Shown here in pieces: positions 8,349 to 17,740 of a stretch of 64,000 nt of DNA. How positions within the stretch are numbered: the stretch's first letter is position 1; the number at the start of each line of letters is the position of its first letter. The DNA lies in assembly GCA_015200025.1 (NCBI GenBank), contig CP054186.1, positions 2,838,643 to 2,902,642 of the forward strand, given 5' to 3'. Origin of the DNA: Phycisphaeraceae bacterium. GTDB lineage: Bacteria; Planctomycetota; Phycisphaerae; Phycisphaerales; UBA1924. The position numbers and the translations under genes are program-made. The notes beneath the pieces were generated by a model that saw only the letters and a program-made list of their open reading frames with translations, did no database searches and was not told where the DNA came from.

Positions 8349-9896
8349 ATGCCCGAACGACTGAACGTCCTCCTCATCGGCGGCGGCGGCCGCGAGCACG
8401 CCCTCGCCATCGCCCTCAAACGCTCCCCTCGCCTCGCCGCCCTCTACACCACCCACCCCGAGAACCCGGGGCTCGCCGCCCTCGCCGCTCCCGTCGACGT
8501 CCCCGTCAGCGCGAGAGAGCTCTACCGCCTCCAGCAGTTCTGCCTCAAAAAATCCATCGACCTGGTCGTCATCGGCCCCGAAGACCCCCTCGCCGACGGC
8601 TACGCCGACAAACTCGCCTCGCCCGAGGCCGGTTCTCCCATGGTCTTCGGCCCCACGCGGCAGGCCGCCCAGATCGAGGCCGACAAGGCCTGGTCCAAGC
8701 AACTGATGCGTTCCGCCAGCGTGCCCACCGCCGAGTCCCGCTCGTTCTCCGACCACGAAGCCGCTCGGCAATACATCGAGTCCCGCGCCCACGACGACGA
8801 ACACCTCCGAGTCATCCTCGAGCGCTTCGCCGCCCTCCGCGACCCCGCCCGGCGCCGCTACGCCATCGACGCCATGCTCCGCGTCGGACGCGCCGTCGCC
8901 GACAAAAAGCCCTTCGCCAACGCCGACCTCAACGTCCTCAAGGACACCGGCACCTTCCGGACCCCGGGCGCCGATCCTTCGCCCATCCTCGCCGAGGCCG
9001 CCTCCCTCTGGAAGCTCTGGACCCTCAAGCGACAGGACCTCCCCGTCATCAAAGCCTCCGGCCTCGCCCGCGGGAAGGGCGTCATCCTCCCCGATTCACT
9101 CCTGCACGCCTTCGACGCCATCGACGACATCATGGTCAGAAAGTCCTTCGGCGACGCCGGACGAACCGTCCTCGTCGAGGAACGCCTCGAAGGCCCGGAG
9201 GTTTCCGTCCTCGCCCTCGTCGACGGCCGTTCCATCCTCGTCCTCCCGCCCTGCAAAGACCACAAACGTCTCGGAAACCGCGACACCGGCCCCAACACCG
9301 GCGGCATGGGCGCCACCTGCCCCACCTCGCCGCTCTCCGACGAACAGATGGCCGCCGTCGAGGCCGAGATCCTCGTCCCCACCATCGACGCCCTCCGCCG
9401 CGACGAGATCGTCTACAAGGGCGTCCTCTACGCCGGCCTCATGCTCACCCACGCCGGGCCCAAGGTCCTCGAGTTCAACTGCCGCTTCGGCGACCCCGAG
9501 TGCCAGCCCCTCATGGCCCGACTGACCTCCGACCCCATCGACCTCATCGAAGCCGTCTGCACCAGCACCCTCGACCAGGCCGCCGAACGCGTCACCTGGG
9601 ACCCACGGCACGCCTGCTGCGTCGTCCTCGCGTCCCACGGCTACCCCGACACCCCGCGCAAGGGAGACGTCATCACCGGCCTCGACGACGCCGACGCCCT
9701 CCTCAAAGGACGTGGCTTCGTCGCCCACGCCGGGACACGCCGAAACGCCGACGGCGCCATCGTCACCGACGGCGGACGCGTCCTCTCCGTCACCGCCCTC
9801 GGCGATTCCCCCGCCGACGCCCGCGCCCTCGCCTACAAGGCCGCCGACCGCATCCACTTCCCGGGCCTCCAACGCCGCGACGACATCGGCGCCTGA
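8349..9896 (+). CDS. purD: Phosphoribosylamine-glycine ligase (GAR synthetase) with an ~80-aa insertion
   Basis: LNVLLIGGGGREHALA, VIKASGLARGKGV, KDHKRLGNRDTGPNTGGMGA, EFNCRFGDPECQ and TDGGRVLSVTALG align with E. coli PurD. The ATG at 8349 (MPERLNVLL) is preferred over the track start at 8241. Confidence 0.9.
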   Translation: MPERLNVLLIGGGGREHALAIALKRSPRLAALYTTHPENPGLAALAAPVDVPVSARELYRLQQFCLKKSIDLVVIGPEDPLADGYADKLASPEAGSPMVFGPTRQAAQIEADKAWSKQLMRSASVPTAESRSFSDHEAARQYIESRAHDDEHLRVILERFAALRDPARRRYAIDAMLRVGRAVADKKPFANADLNVLKDTGTFRTPGADPSPILAEAASLWKLWTLKRQDLPVIKASGLARGKGVILPDSLLHAFDAIDDIMVRKSFGDAGRTVLVEERLEGPEVSVLALVDGRSILVLPPCKDHKRLGNRDTGPNTGGMGATCPTSPLSDEQMAAVEAEILVPTIDALRRDEIVYKGVLYAGLMLTHAGPKVLEFNCRFGDPECQPLMARLTSDPIDLIEAVCTSTLDQAAERVTWDPRHACCVVLASHGYPDTPRKGDVITGLDDADALLKGRGFVAHAGTRRNADGAIVTDGGRVLSVTALGDSPADARALAYKAADRIHFPGLQRRDDIGA

Positions 9897-10039
9897 TCCC
9901 CGCGGCGGCCCCTCCGGGGATCCGCCCCGCCCTCCCGCCCCGGCCACGCGATTACCCTCGCGCGAAACCCGGCGACCTTTCCACCCTATAACATCCGTAA
10001 TCGGGCCGATGCCGTGTGCCCTCAAAAAGGGGATCCGCC

Positions 10040-10780
10040 GTGAAAGCGACGATGATCTGGGACTGGCCGACACGACTCTTCCACTGGTCCTTCGCCGGAG
10101 GGATCCTCGCCGCGGCCTTCATCGCCCTCGCCCTCGGTGAGCACCACACCCTCTTCCCCTACCACGCCATCCTCGGCCTCACCCTCGCCCTGATCCTCGC
10201 CCTCCGACTCGTCTGGGGGGTCATCGGCACCCGTCACGCCCGGTTCCGCGACTTCGCCTTCGGCCCACGCGCCGTGCTCGCCTACGCGGCCTCACTCCTC
10301 GGCCGGGCCCCGCAACGCCACTCGGGACACAACCCGGGCTCCGCCTGGGTGATCTTCGCGCTGCTCGCCGTGGCCGCCGTCATCATCACCACCGGCGTCA
10401 TGCTCGGCCGGGGTTTCGAAGCCGCCAAAGAGATCCACGAAACCGCCGTCTGGGTCATGCTCGCCCTCGCCGCCGTCCACGTCCTGGGCGTGGCCTTCCA
10501 CACCCTCCGCTACCGCGAAAACATCACCGCCTCCATGGTCCACGGCCGCAAAGACGCGCCCGCCGAACACGGCATCCCCTCGGCCAAGCCCATCACCGCG
10601 ATCGTCGCGGCGGTCCTCGTCGCCGCCTGGACGCTCTCGCTCGTCACCGGCTTTGATCCCGCCCGCGCCACCACCACCATCCCGGGCGTCGGGGTCACCC
10701 TCAGGCTCGCGGAATCGCCGGAACGCGAGCCCGATCGCCGGCCGGAAAACCGAGCCGACCGCCACGACGACGACGATTGA
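10040..10780 (+). CDS. Cytochrome b561 / Ni-Fe hydrogenase b-type cytochrome family membrane protein
   Basis: IWDWPTRLFHWSFAGG...YHAILGLTLALILALRLVWG, conserved His residues and four predicted TM segments support the call. The start is ambiguous (GTG 10016, GTG 10040, ATG 10052). Confidence 0.7.
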   Translation: MKATMIWDWPTRLFHWSFAGGILAAAFIALALGEHHTLFPYHAILGLTLALILALRLVWGVIGTRHARFRDFAFGPRAVLAYAASLLGRAPQRHSGHNPGSAWVIFALLAVAAVIITTGVMLGRGFEAAKEIHETAVWVMLALAAVHVLGVAFHTLRYRENITASMVHGRKDAPAEHGIPSAKPITAIVAAVLVAAWTLSLVTGFDPARATTTIPGVGVTLRLAESPEREPDRRPENRADRHDDDD

Positions 10781-10844
10781 TGAGCCGCCGCCCGCACCCC
10801 AAAGGGCACGCCGCACACCCAAAGCCCCAAAGTATCATCCCTTA

Positions 10845-12047
10845 ATGATGCTCGCTCTCGCCGCTCTCGCCGCCGCCGCGGGACTCCAGCCCGCCGACAC
10901 ACTCGGTCCAGCCCTCTCCCCATCGCCCGCCCGCGAAATCCTCGTGGCCGACGACGCCGCCCTGCGACGTGCCCTCGCCGACGCCCGCCCCGGCGACGCC
11001 ATCCTCCTCGCCCCGGGGAAGTTCCGCGGGTTCACCGCCGACAACCTCCGCGGCGAACCCGACCGCCCGATCATCGTCCGCGCTCAACACCCCGCCGACC
11101 CCCCGGTCTTCACCTCCGGCGTACACCTCGTCCGACCACGCCACACCGAACTCGCCGACCTCCACAGCATCGACGCCCCGCACAACGCCTTCAACATCGA
11201 CGACGGCGGAAACCACCTCACCCCGGCCCAACACCTCACTATCCGCCGGCTCACCATCCGCGACAACGGCGGACGCGCCAACGCCGACGGGCTCAAACTC
11301 TCCGGCGTTCAGGATGTCCTCGTCGAGCACTGCACCTTCGAGCGGTGGGGGAGGGGCGGCAGCGCCATCGATATGGTCGGCTGCGCCCGCGGCGTCATCC
11401 GAGACTGCACCTTCGCCGACCTCGAATCCGACCCCGCCTCCAACGCCGTCCAGACCAAAGGCGGCTCCTCCGACATCACCATCCGCCGATGCCGGTTCGT
11501 CCACGCCGGGCAACGCGCCGTCAACATCGGGGGCTCCACCGGCCTCCCCTACTTCCGCCCCCCGGACGCACCCCACGAAGCCCGCAGCATCACCGTCGAG
11601 GGCTGCACCTTCATCGGCTCGCACACCCCCGTCGCCTTCGTCGGCGTCGACGGCGCCGCCTTCCGATTCAACACCGTCTACCTCCCGTCCCGCTGGGCCG
11701 CACGCATACTCCAGGAATCCACGGGCCCCAGGTTCGTCAAATCCCGGAACGGCCGTATCGAGGACAACCTCTTCGTCTATCGCCGTCGGGACATCTCAAC
11801 CATGATCAACGTCGGGTCGGGCACGAAGCCCGAGACCTTCCGCTTCGCGCGCAACTACTGGTTCGCCACCGACGATCCCGCGCGGAGCATCCCCACCCTC
11901 CCGGCCGCCGAGACCGACCCCGCCGGCGGCCGAGAGCCCCGATTCCGCGACCCCGACCGGCTCGACCTCCGGCAGACCCCCGAAAGCCCCGCCCTGCCGC
12001 ACGGCGCCGACGCCCTCCCGGCCGACCCGCCGACCATCCCGCGGTGA
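10845..12047 (+). CDS. Secreted right-handed parallel beta-helix repeat protein (pectate-lyase fold, function unknown)
   Basis: A signal-like MMLALAALAAAAGL begins at ATG 10845. Repeated short beta-helix-type segments follow (LTIRDNGG, VLVEHCTFERWG, GVIRDCTFADL, ITIRRCRFVHAG, ITVEGCTFIG). Confidence 0.6.
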   Translation: MMLALAALAAAAGLQPADTLGPALSPSPAREILVADDAALRRALADARPGDAILLAPGKFRGFTADNLRGEPDRPIIVRAQHPADPPVFTSGVHLVRPRHTELADLHSIDAPHNAFNIDDGGNHLTPAQHLTIRRLTIRDNGGRANADGLKLSGVQDVLVEHCTFERWGRGGSAIDMVGCARGVIRDCTFADLESDPASNAVQTKGGSSDITIRRCRFVHAGQRAVNIGGSTGLPYFRPPDAPHEARSITVEGCTFIGSHTPVAFVGVDGAAFRFNTVYLPSRWAARILQESTGPRFVKSRNGRIEDNLFVYRRRDISTMINVGSGTKPETFRFARNYWFATDDPARSIPTLPAAETDPAGGREPRFRDPDRLDLRQTPESPALPHGADALPADPPTIPR

Positions 12048-12126
12048 TCCATCGACCTTCCCCCGAACTCGGCCGGGCTTGGCGCACTTCGACCCTGATT
12101 ATGTTATGTTGCCGCCCGGAGGTCGC

Positions 12127-12954
12127 ATGCCACGCCACGCCCGCCGCGCGTTCACCCTGATCGAGCTCCTCGTCGTTATCGCGATCGTCGCCCTGCTCAT
12201 CGCGATCACGCTCCCCGCACTCCGCTCCGCGCGAGAGGCCGCACGCGCCACCCGATGCGCCGCCGTCATGCGGCAGCCCGCCGCCGCCCTCACCCTCTAC
12301 CAGAACGATTACCGCCACTTCCCCGCCCACCAGATCCGACTCCCCGACGGCTCCCGCCACCGCTGGTTCGCCGCCCTCGCCGAGTACGCCGATACGCGGA
12401 TCGGCGTCCGATGCCCCTCCACCCCCGACTGGGAGATCTCGCGCAACCACTCCTTCGGCTACAACTACAAGTACCTCGGCAGCATGCGAGACCTCAACAT
12501 CCCGGGCAACCCCTTCCGTCCATACGAGTCCTTCCCCGTCCGCGATATCCACGACCCCACACGCACCATCGCGTTCGCCGACGGCGACGGCTCCGGCCGA
12601 TCCCTCCCCTACGCCCCCGAGGGCCCCGACCAGCACCCCGACCGATGGGGCAACCACGGCTACACCCTCGACCCCACCTACATCCCCCTCCGCAGCGAAC
12701 TCGGCGCCGAGAAATACGCCGCCGGCATCCACCGAACCTTTCTGTCCGAGCGTCACCGCGGGGTTTCCAACGCCGCCTTCGTCGACGCCCACGTCGCCGC
12801 CGTCACGCCCGCCGAGGCCTACGCCGACAACCGCCTCTGGAACGGCCACGGGTTCGATCCCGGCGCCGACCCCAAGGTCTACGGCCACCACCTCGACCCG
12901 CACGTCCCGTACAAGTTCGACCCGGGCTCCGGCCAGGAATGGCCGTACCACTGA
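12127..12954 (+). CDS. DUF1559-type protein with a prepilin N-terminal cleavage/methylation domain
   Basis: RRAFTLIELLVVIAIVALLIAITLPAL is a classic type IV pilin-like leader. GGAGG lies 4 nt upstream of ATG 12127. A possible promoter (TTGGCG ... TATGTT) lies at 12079-12108. Confidence 0.8.
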   Translation: MPRHARRAFTLIELLVVIAIVALLIAITLPALRSAREAARATRCAAVMRQPAAALTLYQNDYRHFPAHQIRLPDGSRHRWFAALAEYADTRIGVRCPSTPDWEISRNHSFGYNYKYLGSMRDLNIPGNPFRPYESFPVRDIHDPTRTIAFADGDGSGRSLPYAPEGPDQHPDRWGNHGYTLDPTYIPLRSELGAEKYAAGIHRTFLSERHRGVSNAAFVDAHVAAVTPAEAYADNRLWNGHGFDPGADPKVYGHHLDPHVPYKFDPGSGQEWPYH

Positions 12955-12970
12955 CCCCTCACCCGCGAGA

Positions 12971-13939
12971 TCACGCCAACGGGTCGGGCTTGAACAACTT
13001 CGTGTCCAGCGCCCACAGCCGGTCCGTGAAGTTCCCGCCCAGGTCCTGCTGCGCCCTCGCCCCCCGCGCCGCGCCGAGCGCCATCGCCATCTTCGCGTCG
13101 ATGTTGTCCAGGTAGTGAACCAGGATCGCCTCAGGGCTCATCGGCACCTTCGCCGCCCCGTACGCCGGGTCCCCGTGGTGCGACAGGATGATGTGCTGGA
13201 GCACCATCAACGCGTTGGGCGGCAGCCTCAGCCCGCTCTCCCGCATCATCTGCTGCGACTTGTCGTGCAGCATGATCGCCCCGTCCACGATGTGCCCCAC
13301 CAACTCGCCCCGGTCCGTGTACGTGAACGCCCGGTCGTACGACAGCTCCCGCGTCTTCCCAAGGTCGTGCAGGAACAGCCCCATCACCACCAGGTCCCGG
13401 CTCAGCCTCGGGTACAGCGGGCACACCACGTTCGCCAGGTTCATCAGCGACAGCGTGTGCTCCAGCAGCCCGCCCAGGTACGCGTGGTGCGCGCTCTTGG
13501 CCGCCGGGCACCGACGGAACTGCTCCATCAGGTACGTGTCGTCCAGGTACGCCTTCGCCAGCCCCTTCATCGCCGGGTGCGACAGCGTCCCCAAGATCGC
13601 CACCACCTCCGCGAACATCTCGTCCGCCGGCCTCGATGAGCTCGGCAGCAGGTCCCGCATCTCCTCCGCCGACGGCTCGGCCGATTCGATGTGCTGGATG
13701 ATCATCTGCATCTCACCCTGATACTTCTGTGTCTCCCCCTGGATGTACGCGAACCCGTCCGTCGGCAGCCGCGACACCGTCGATTCTTCCACCGACCACA
13801 TCCGCCCCGGCATCTCCCCCGAGCGGTCCGCCACCAGCACCCGAAGGTAAGGCTTGTCCGTCCGCGTCCGGCCCATCTGCGCGTTCGTGATCGTGAACAA
13901 CCCCGCCACACGCTCCGAGGGCCTCATCTCCGCGATCAT
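12971..13939 (-). CDS. YhaM-like 3'-5' exoribonuclease (OB-fold plus HD domain)
   Basis: An N-terminal OB-like KPYLRVLVADRSGEMPGRMW is followed by the HD domain HHAYLGGLLEHTLSL...LFLHDLGKTRE...VGHIV...LSHHG. The start was chosen at MIAEMRP; the track gives 14041. Confidence 0.7.
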   Translation of the reverse strand: MIAEMRPSERVAGLFTITNAQMGRTRTDKPYLRVLVADRSGEMPGRMWSVEESTVSRLPTDGFAYIQGETQKYQGEMQMIIQHIESAEPSAEEMRDLLPSSSRPADEMFAEVVAILGTLSHPAMKGLAKAYLDDTYLMEQFRRCPAAKSAHHAYLGGLLEHTLSLMNLANVVCPLYPRLSRDLVVMGLFLHDLGKTRELSYDRAFTYTDRGELVGHIVDGAIMLHDKSQQMMRESGLRLPPNALMVLQHIILSHHGDPAYGAAKVPMSPEAILVHYLDNIDAKMAMALGAARGARAQQDLGGNFTDRLWALDTKLFKPDPLA

Positions 13940-14060
13940 CCGCCGCCGGTTCACCACCGGACCCCCCGACGACGCCCCTTCCATATTCACGCTGCTCATC
14001 CCCCATCGTAGACCCCGAACACCCCGCGTTCGTCGACACACCCCACCCCATCACACCCCC

Positions 14061-15098
14061 TCACCCCACCTCGATCATCCGGCGGATCGTCGCGGGCGAC
14101 TCGGCCTGCCCCGTCTTCGCGCTCAGCAGCGCCGTCTGGCAGATCGTGAGCGCCCCCAACGCCCCGCCCGGCGAATCCCCGAGCCCCGCCGACCCCGACG
14201 CACGGGCGAGCGATTCGCCCACCTCGCGCACCGCCTCACCCCACGCGTCCTTGGGACCGCGGTACCGCGTCGAGTCCGCACGCTCGCCCTCGGGCGTGTG
14301 ACGCTCAAAGCCCGCACCGCTCACCGTCACCCGCCCACGCTCCCCCAGCACCGTCACCCGGCGTCGCCACCCACCGCCCCGGCCCGACAGCACCATCGAA
14401 CCCACCCGCCCGTCCGCGTACCGCAGCGTCGCGAACAAATCCCCCTCCAGCCCGCGCAGACTCCCGGGCGCCACCGAGGGCGACGCCACCGGCGCGTTCC
14501 CGGGCCCGTACGCCGCGTGCACCGACTCGGGCTCGCCCAAGAGCGCCCTCACCACGTCCGCCGCGTCGTACAGCAGCCCCCCCAGCGTCCCGTTCCACGC
14601 CGACGACAACGCCTCCACACACACCGCCCGGACCGCCCCGATCTCCGACAGCACCTCGCCCGCCTCCCGGTACGACCGCCCCGAACGGATCAGCGGCGAG
14701 ACCCTCGGACGCCACGCCGGCGACGGCCCGTCCACCGACCCGCCCCCCACGCCCCACGCCGAGGACGCCGCGTCCAGCGCCGACCCCGGGATCGACTCGC
14801 GCGTCACCACCTTCACCCCGCGGGCGTGCGCCGCCGACAGCGACGACGCGTCCCCGGGCTCCCCGAACTCCCCCGCGTCCACCACCCACACCACGTCCAC
14901 CTCCCCCTCGACCAGCACCCGTCTCAGGTCGTCCGCCGGCTCGGCCCCCAGCGCCGCCGCCACCGCACGCGATTGACCGCGCGCGGGCGAGCCCGCCACC
15001 GACGCCGGCGCGTCCAGCCACGCCAACACCCGACGCGCCAGCTCCGCCCGCGCGGGGTCCACCCACACCGCCACTCGCTTGCCCTTGAGACTCGCCAT
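14061..15098 (-). CDS. Divergent Gfo/Idh/MocA-like oxidoreductase-fold protein
   Basis: The N-terminal KRVAVWVD and the overall length and layout fit the family. The start is set at ATG 15098 because the track's N-terminal extension (to 15374) runs antisense through rnpB. Confidence 0.45.
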   Translation of the reverse strand: MASLKGKRVAVWVDPARAELARRVLAWLDAPASVAGSPARGQSRAVAAALGAEPADDLRRVLVEGEVDVVWVVDAGEFGEPGDASSLSAAHARGVKVVTRESIPGSALDAASSAWGVGGGSVDGPSPAWRPRVSPLIRSGRSYREAGEVLSEIGAVRAVCVEALSSAWNGTLGGLLYDAADVVRALLGEPESVHAAYGPGNAPVASPSVAPGSLRGLEGDLFATLRYADGRVGSMVLSGRGGGWRRRVTVLGERGRVTVSGAGFERHTPEGERADSTRYRGPKDAWGEAVREVGESLARASGSAGLGDSPGGALGALTICQTALLSAKTGQAESPATIRRMIEVG

Positions 15099-15134
15099 CC
15101 GACCCCAGCATACGCCCCGTGCGTACCATCCTCC

Positions 15135-15588
15135 CGGAGCGCGGCAGGCGGCCGCGACGGCGGGGAGACATCCGCCGATCGAGGAAAGTCCGAGCACGGC
15201 AGGACACGGTGGTGGGCAACACCCACCCGCCCCCCACACCACGGCCCGGGGCGAGGGACAGTGCAACAGAAAGCACACCGCCGATGGCCCCGACCCGAAA
15301 GGGCGGGGATCAGGCAAGGGTGAAATGGTGCGGTAAGAGCGCACCGCGCGGCGGGTGACCGTCGCGGCCGGCAAACCCCACCGCGTGCAAGGTCATGCAG
15401 CCCCCGGTACGCCGGGCTCGTCCCGGCGTCACGCCCGGTCCGGGCGGAAGGGGGCGGGTCGACCGCTCGAGCCCGTCGGCAACGACGGGCCCAGAGAAAT
15501 GGCCGCCCAACGCCCGAAGGCCCGTCACCCCCAAGGGGACCGGGAACCGCGGGCCGGGACAGAACTCGGCTTACCGCCGCGCGGGACC
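15135..15588 (+). ncRNA. rnpB: RNase P RNA, bacterial type A
   Basis: Universally conserved blocks are present: GAGGAAAGTCCGAGC (15181-), ACAGAAAGCA, GGGTGAAATGGTGCGGTAAGAGCGCACC, GGCAAACCCCACC and ACAGAACTCGGCTTAC (15560-15574). P1 pairs gcgcggc (15139-15145) with gccgcgc (15575-15581). The ends are good to about 10 nt. Confidence 0.9.
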
Positions 15589-15590
15589 TT

Positions 15591-15633
15591 GGCGCGGGCC
15601 CCGGATGAACCCCCGGGGCCCGCGGCCCTTTTT
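15591..15633 (+). terminator. Rho-independent terminator after rnpB
   Basis: gcgggccccgg (15594-15604) pairs with ccggggcccgc (15613-15623). The stem is extendable and is followed by ttttt (15629-15633). Confidence 0.65.
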
Positions 15634-16924
15634 ACCCCGCCCCCGCCGCCCGCCTCACCCGCGACCACAGACGCTGCGGCCAGTCCTTGTACATGCACGG
15701 CCTCTCGATCAACACAAAGAACACCGCGCACAACGCCACCACCACCGGCACGATCAGCACCGACTGGACCAGCACGTTCACCCAATACGCCTCGCCCACC
15801 ACCATCCGCCCCGTCACCTTCCCCAGCACGTGCACCATCGGCTGGTGGATCAGGTAGATCGAGTAGCACATCCCGCCGATCGTCGCGATCCACGCGTTCG
15901 TAAAGAACGCCCGCACCAGCCTCCCCCGGAACACCGCGCAGAACACCACGAAGTTCGACACCAGGAACAGCGGGAGGTACGCCGCCGAGTGCGACAGCCC
16001 GTTCGCGAACACCTGGTCCTTGGTCACCCCGCCCGCCGGAAGGATCCCCGCCATCCCCGCCAGCCCCGCCAGGTCCCACCGCCACGACCCGTGCGACGGC
16101 TTCTGCTTCCAATCCGTGATGAACACGTCCGCGAACAGGAAGCCCACCAGGAAGCAGTGCAGGTACCCCGCGAGCGTCATGTCGAGCCGGTACGACCTGA
16201 GCACGTCGTCGAACCCGCCCTTGAAAAAGCCCCCCGCGAGGATCGCCGAGACCAGGATCGACCGCCTCACCACCTTCGGCAGCGTGAAGATCAGCGCCAA
16301 CGCCGGCGCGAGGATGTAGAACTGAACCTCGACCTCCAGCGACCACGCCACCCCGTTCACGCGTGAGTATTCCCCGAACGCCACGTTGTGCACGTACAGC
16401 GCCGACGCCCCCAGGTGCTCGGGGCCGGGCATCTTCTCCGCCGGAACGCCCATCCTCGGGCCCAGGAGATGCAGCGCCGCGTACATGCCCACCAACGCGA
16501 CCAGGTACGGCGGCTCGAGCCGCGTCACCCGACGGATGAAATAGTCCTTGAGCCTGACCTTCCTCGCCCCCTCAAGATGGTGCAACGCGAACGGGAACGC
16601 CAGGATGAACCCCGAGATCCCGAAAAACACCAACACCCCCACGCCCCCCCGGTGCAGGATGTTCCCCACCCAATCCGTCTCGTGCGCGTCCGCGAAGCCC
16701 CCCCGCGTCCCGTCCTTCACCAATTCCTGCCTCGCCACCGTGCTCACGTGCAGCAGGATCACCGAGATGATCGCCAGGAACCGCAGCCCGTCGATCTCCG
16801 GCAAGAAACGCCCCGACGAGGTCACCCGCGACAGCTTCGAGAGGACCCACCCCGACCACCCCGCACGCGCCGGCGGCGCCGCGTCGGACGCGGTCGGGGG
16901 ATGTGCGTGACTCAGTTCTCCCAT
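15632..16924 (-). CDS. Acyltransferase family 3 (OafA/YrhL-like) integral membrane protein
   Basis: FLPEIDGLRFLAIISVILLHV is the family N-terminal signature. About 10 TM segments are present. Confidence 0.8.
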   Translation of the reverse strand: MGELSHAHPPTASDAAPPARAGWSGWVLSKLSRVTSSGRFLPEIDGLRFLAIISVILLHVSTVARQELVKDGTRGGFADAHETDWVGNILHRGGVGVLVFFGISGFILAFPFALHHLEGARKVRLKDYFIRRVTRLEPPYLVALVGMYAALHLLGPRMGVPAEKMPGPEHLGASALYVHNVAFGEYSRVNGVAWSLEVEVQFYILAPALALIFTLPKVVRRSILVSAILAGGFFKGGFDDVLRSYRLDMTLAGYLHCFLVGFLFADVFITDWKQKPSHGSWRWDLAGLAGMAGILPAGGVTKDQVFANGLSHSAAYLPLFLVSNFVVFCAVFRGRLVRAFFTNAWIATIGGMCYSIYLIHQPMVHVLGKVTGRMVVGEAYWVNVLVQSVLIVPVVVALCAVFFVLIERPCMYKDWPQRLWSRVRRAAGAG

Positions 16925-17605
16925 GGGCCCTGACCATATCGGCCCGCCACGCCGATCGCCTCAAACACGCCCGACGACGCGGCGCGTTCATCGCGACGCC
17001 GATCCGGCCGGCGCTCTTGGGCGCACCCCGGGCGATCCGCGCCACGATCCTCCCTGCCGCATCCGGAGGTGTCGGGTGGGCTCCCGGGTCCTTCCCGCGT
17101 CCGACGTGTCGGAAGGGCCTCCACGCCCCGCCGTTCATAAATGCACGCCCCGTGCGCACGCCGGCACGACGGGCACGCCGTTCATCCGGATCATCTCGTG
17201 GCACGCGACCCGCGATGGATGGACCGAGGTCGGCCGGGACCCGCGATGGATCGTTTGTATTATGTTCGTGCATGCGGCGGGGTGAGAACCCACGAGGTCC
17301 GGCGTGGGGGGGGTTTGATCCGGCGGGGGGGAGACCCGTACAGTTCTGAGACGTTGCGGAGGTTGTGGCACGCCGCGGTGTGCGGCGTGCCGGTCTCCGG
17401 GTGCGAGGCGATCATGCTCCGAGCAGAGAATTATGCTCTCTGAGGGGTGCCAGTCGTGTGCCGGCCGGTGGTCGGTCGGCGCGGCGTGGGTCGTCCCGGT
17501 CCGTTCGGCGGGGGTGCCGATGGACTAGGGGCGGCGTGAGCCAGCCTTGGCCTTTGTCACGCCGGTCCCCCAATGGGCTCGGCGCGGCGGGGGCGATGGA
17601 CCCGG

Positions 17606-17645
17606 GGCCGCGAGCGGGAACGCTCGGGCCTCTTGTGTTTTTGTC
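17606..17645 (+). terminator. Terminator-like hairpin plus U-tract in the nusA leader; candidate attenuator
   Basis: The hairpin ggccgcgagcg-ggaa-cgctcgggcc (17606-17630) is followed by tcttgtgtttttgtc and ends about 95 nt upstream of the nusA ATG. Confidence 0.45.
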
Positions 17646-17740
17646 GCCGGCCGCTGGGGTGCTCCCCGGGGCCGGCGAGGTTTGGACATCTCGACATCGT
17701 GGGTCGGACATCCCGGCGCAGGGCAGAATCGGAGATCGGC

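Noticed and set aside
15099-15374. The N-terminal 92-codon extension of the 14061-15374 ORF.
   Set aside because: It runs antisense through the conserved core of RNase P RNA. An internal ATG at 15098 gives a sensible N-terminus (MASLKGKRVAVWVD).
16925-17740. A rimP gene or a known ncRNA (tmRNA, SRP RNA, 6S) in the long gap upstream of nusA.
   Set aside because: No frame gives a RimP-like sequence, and I could not find the conserved tmRNA or SRP motifs by eye. Only the hairpin plus U-tract is reported, as a hypothesis.
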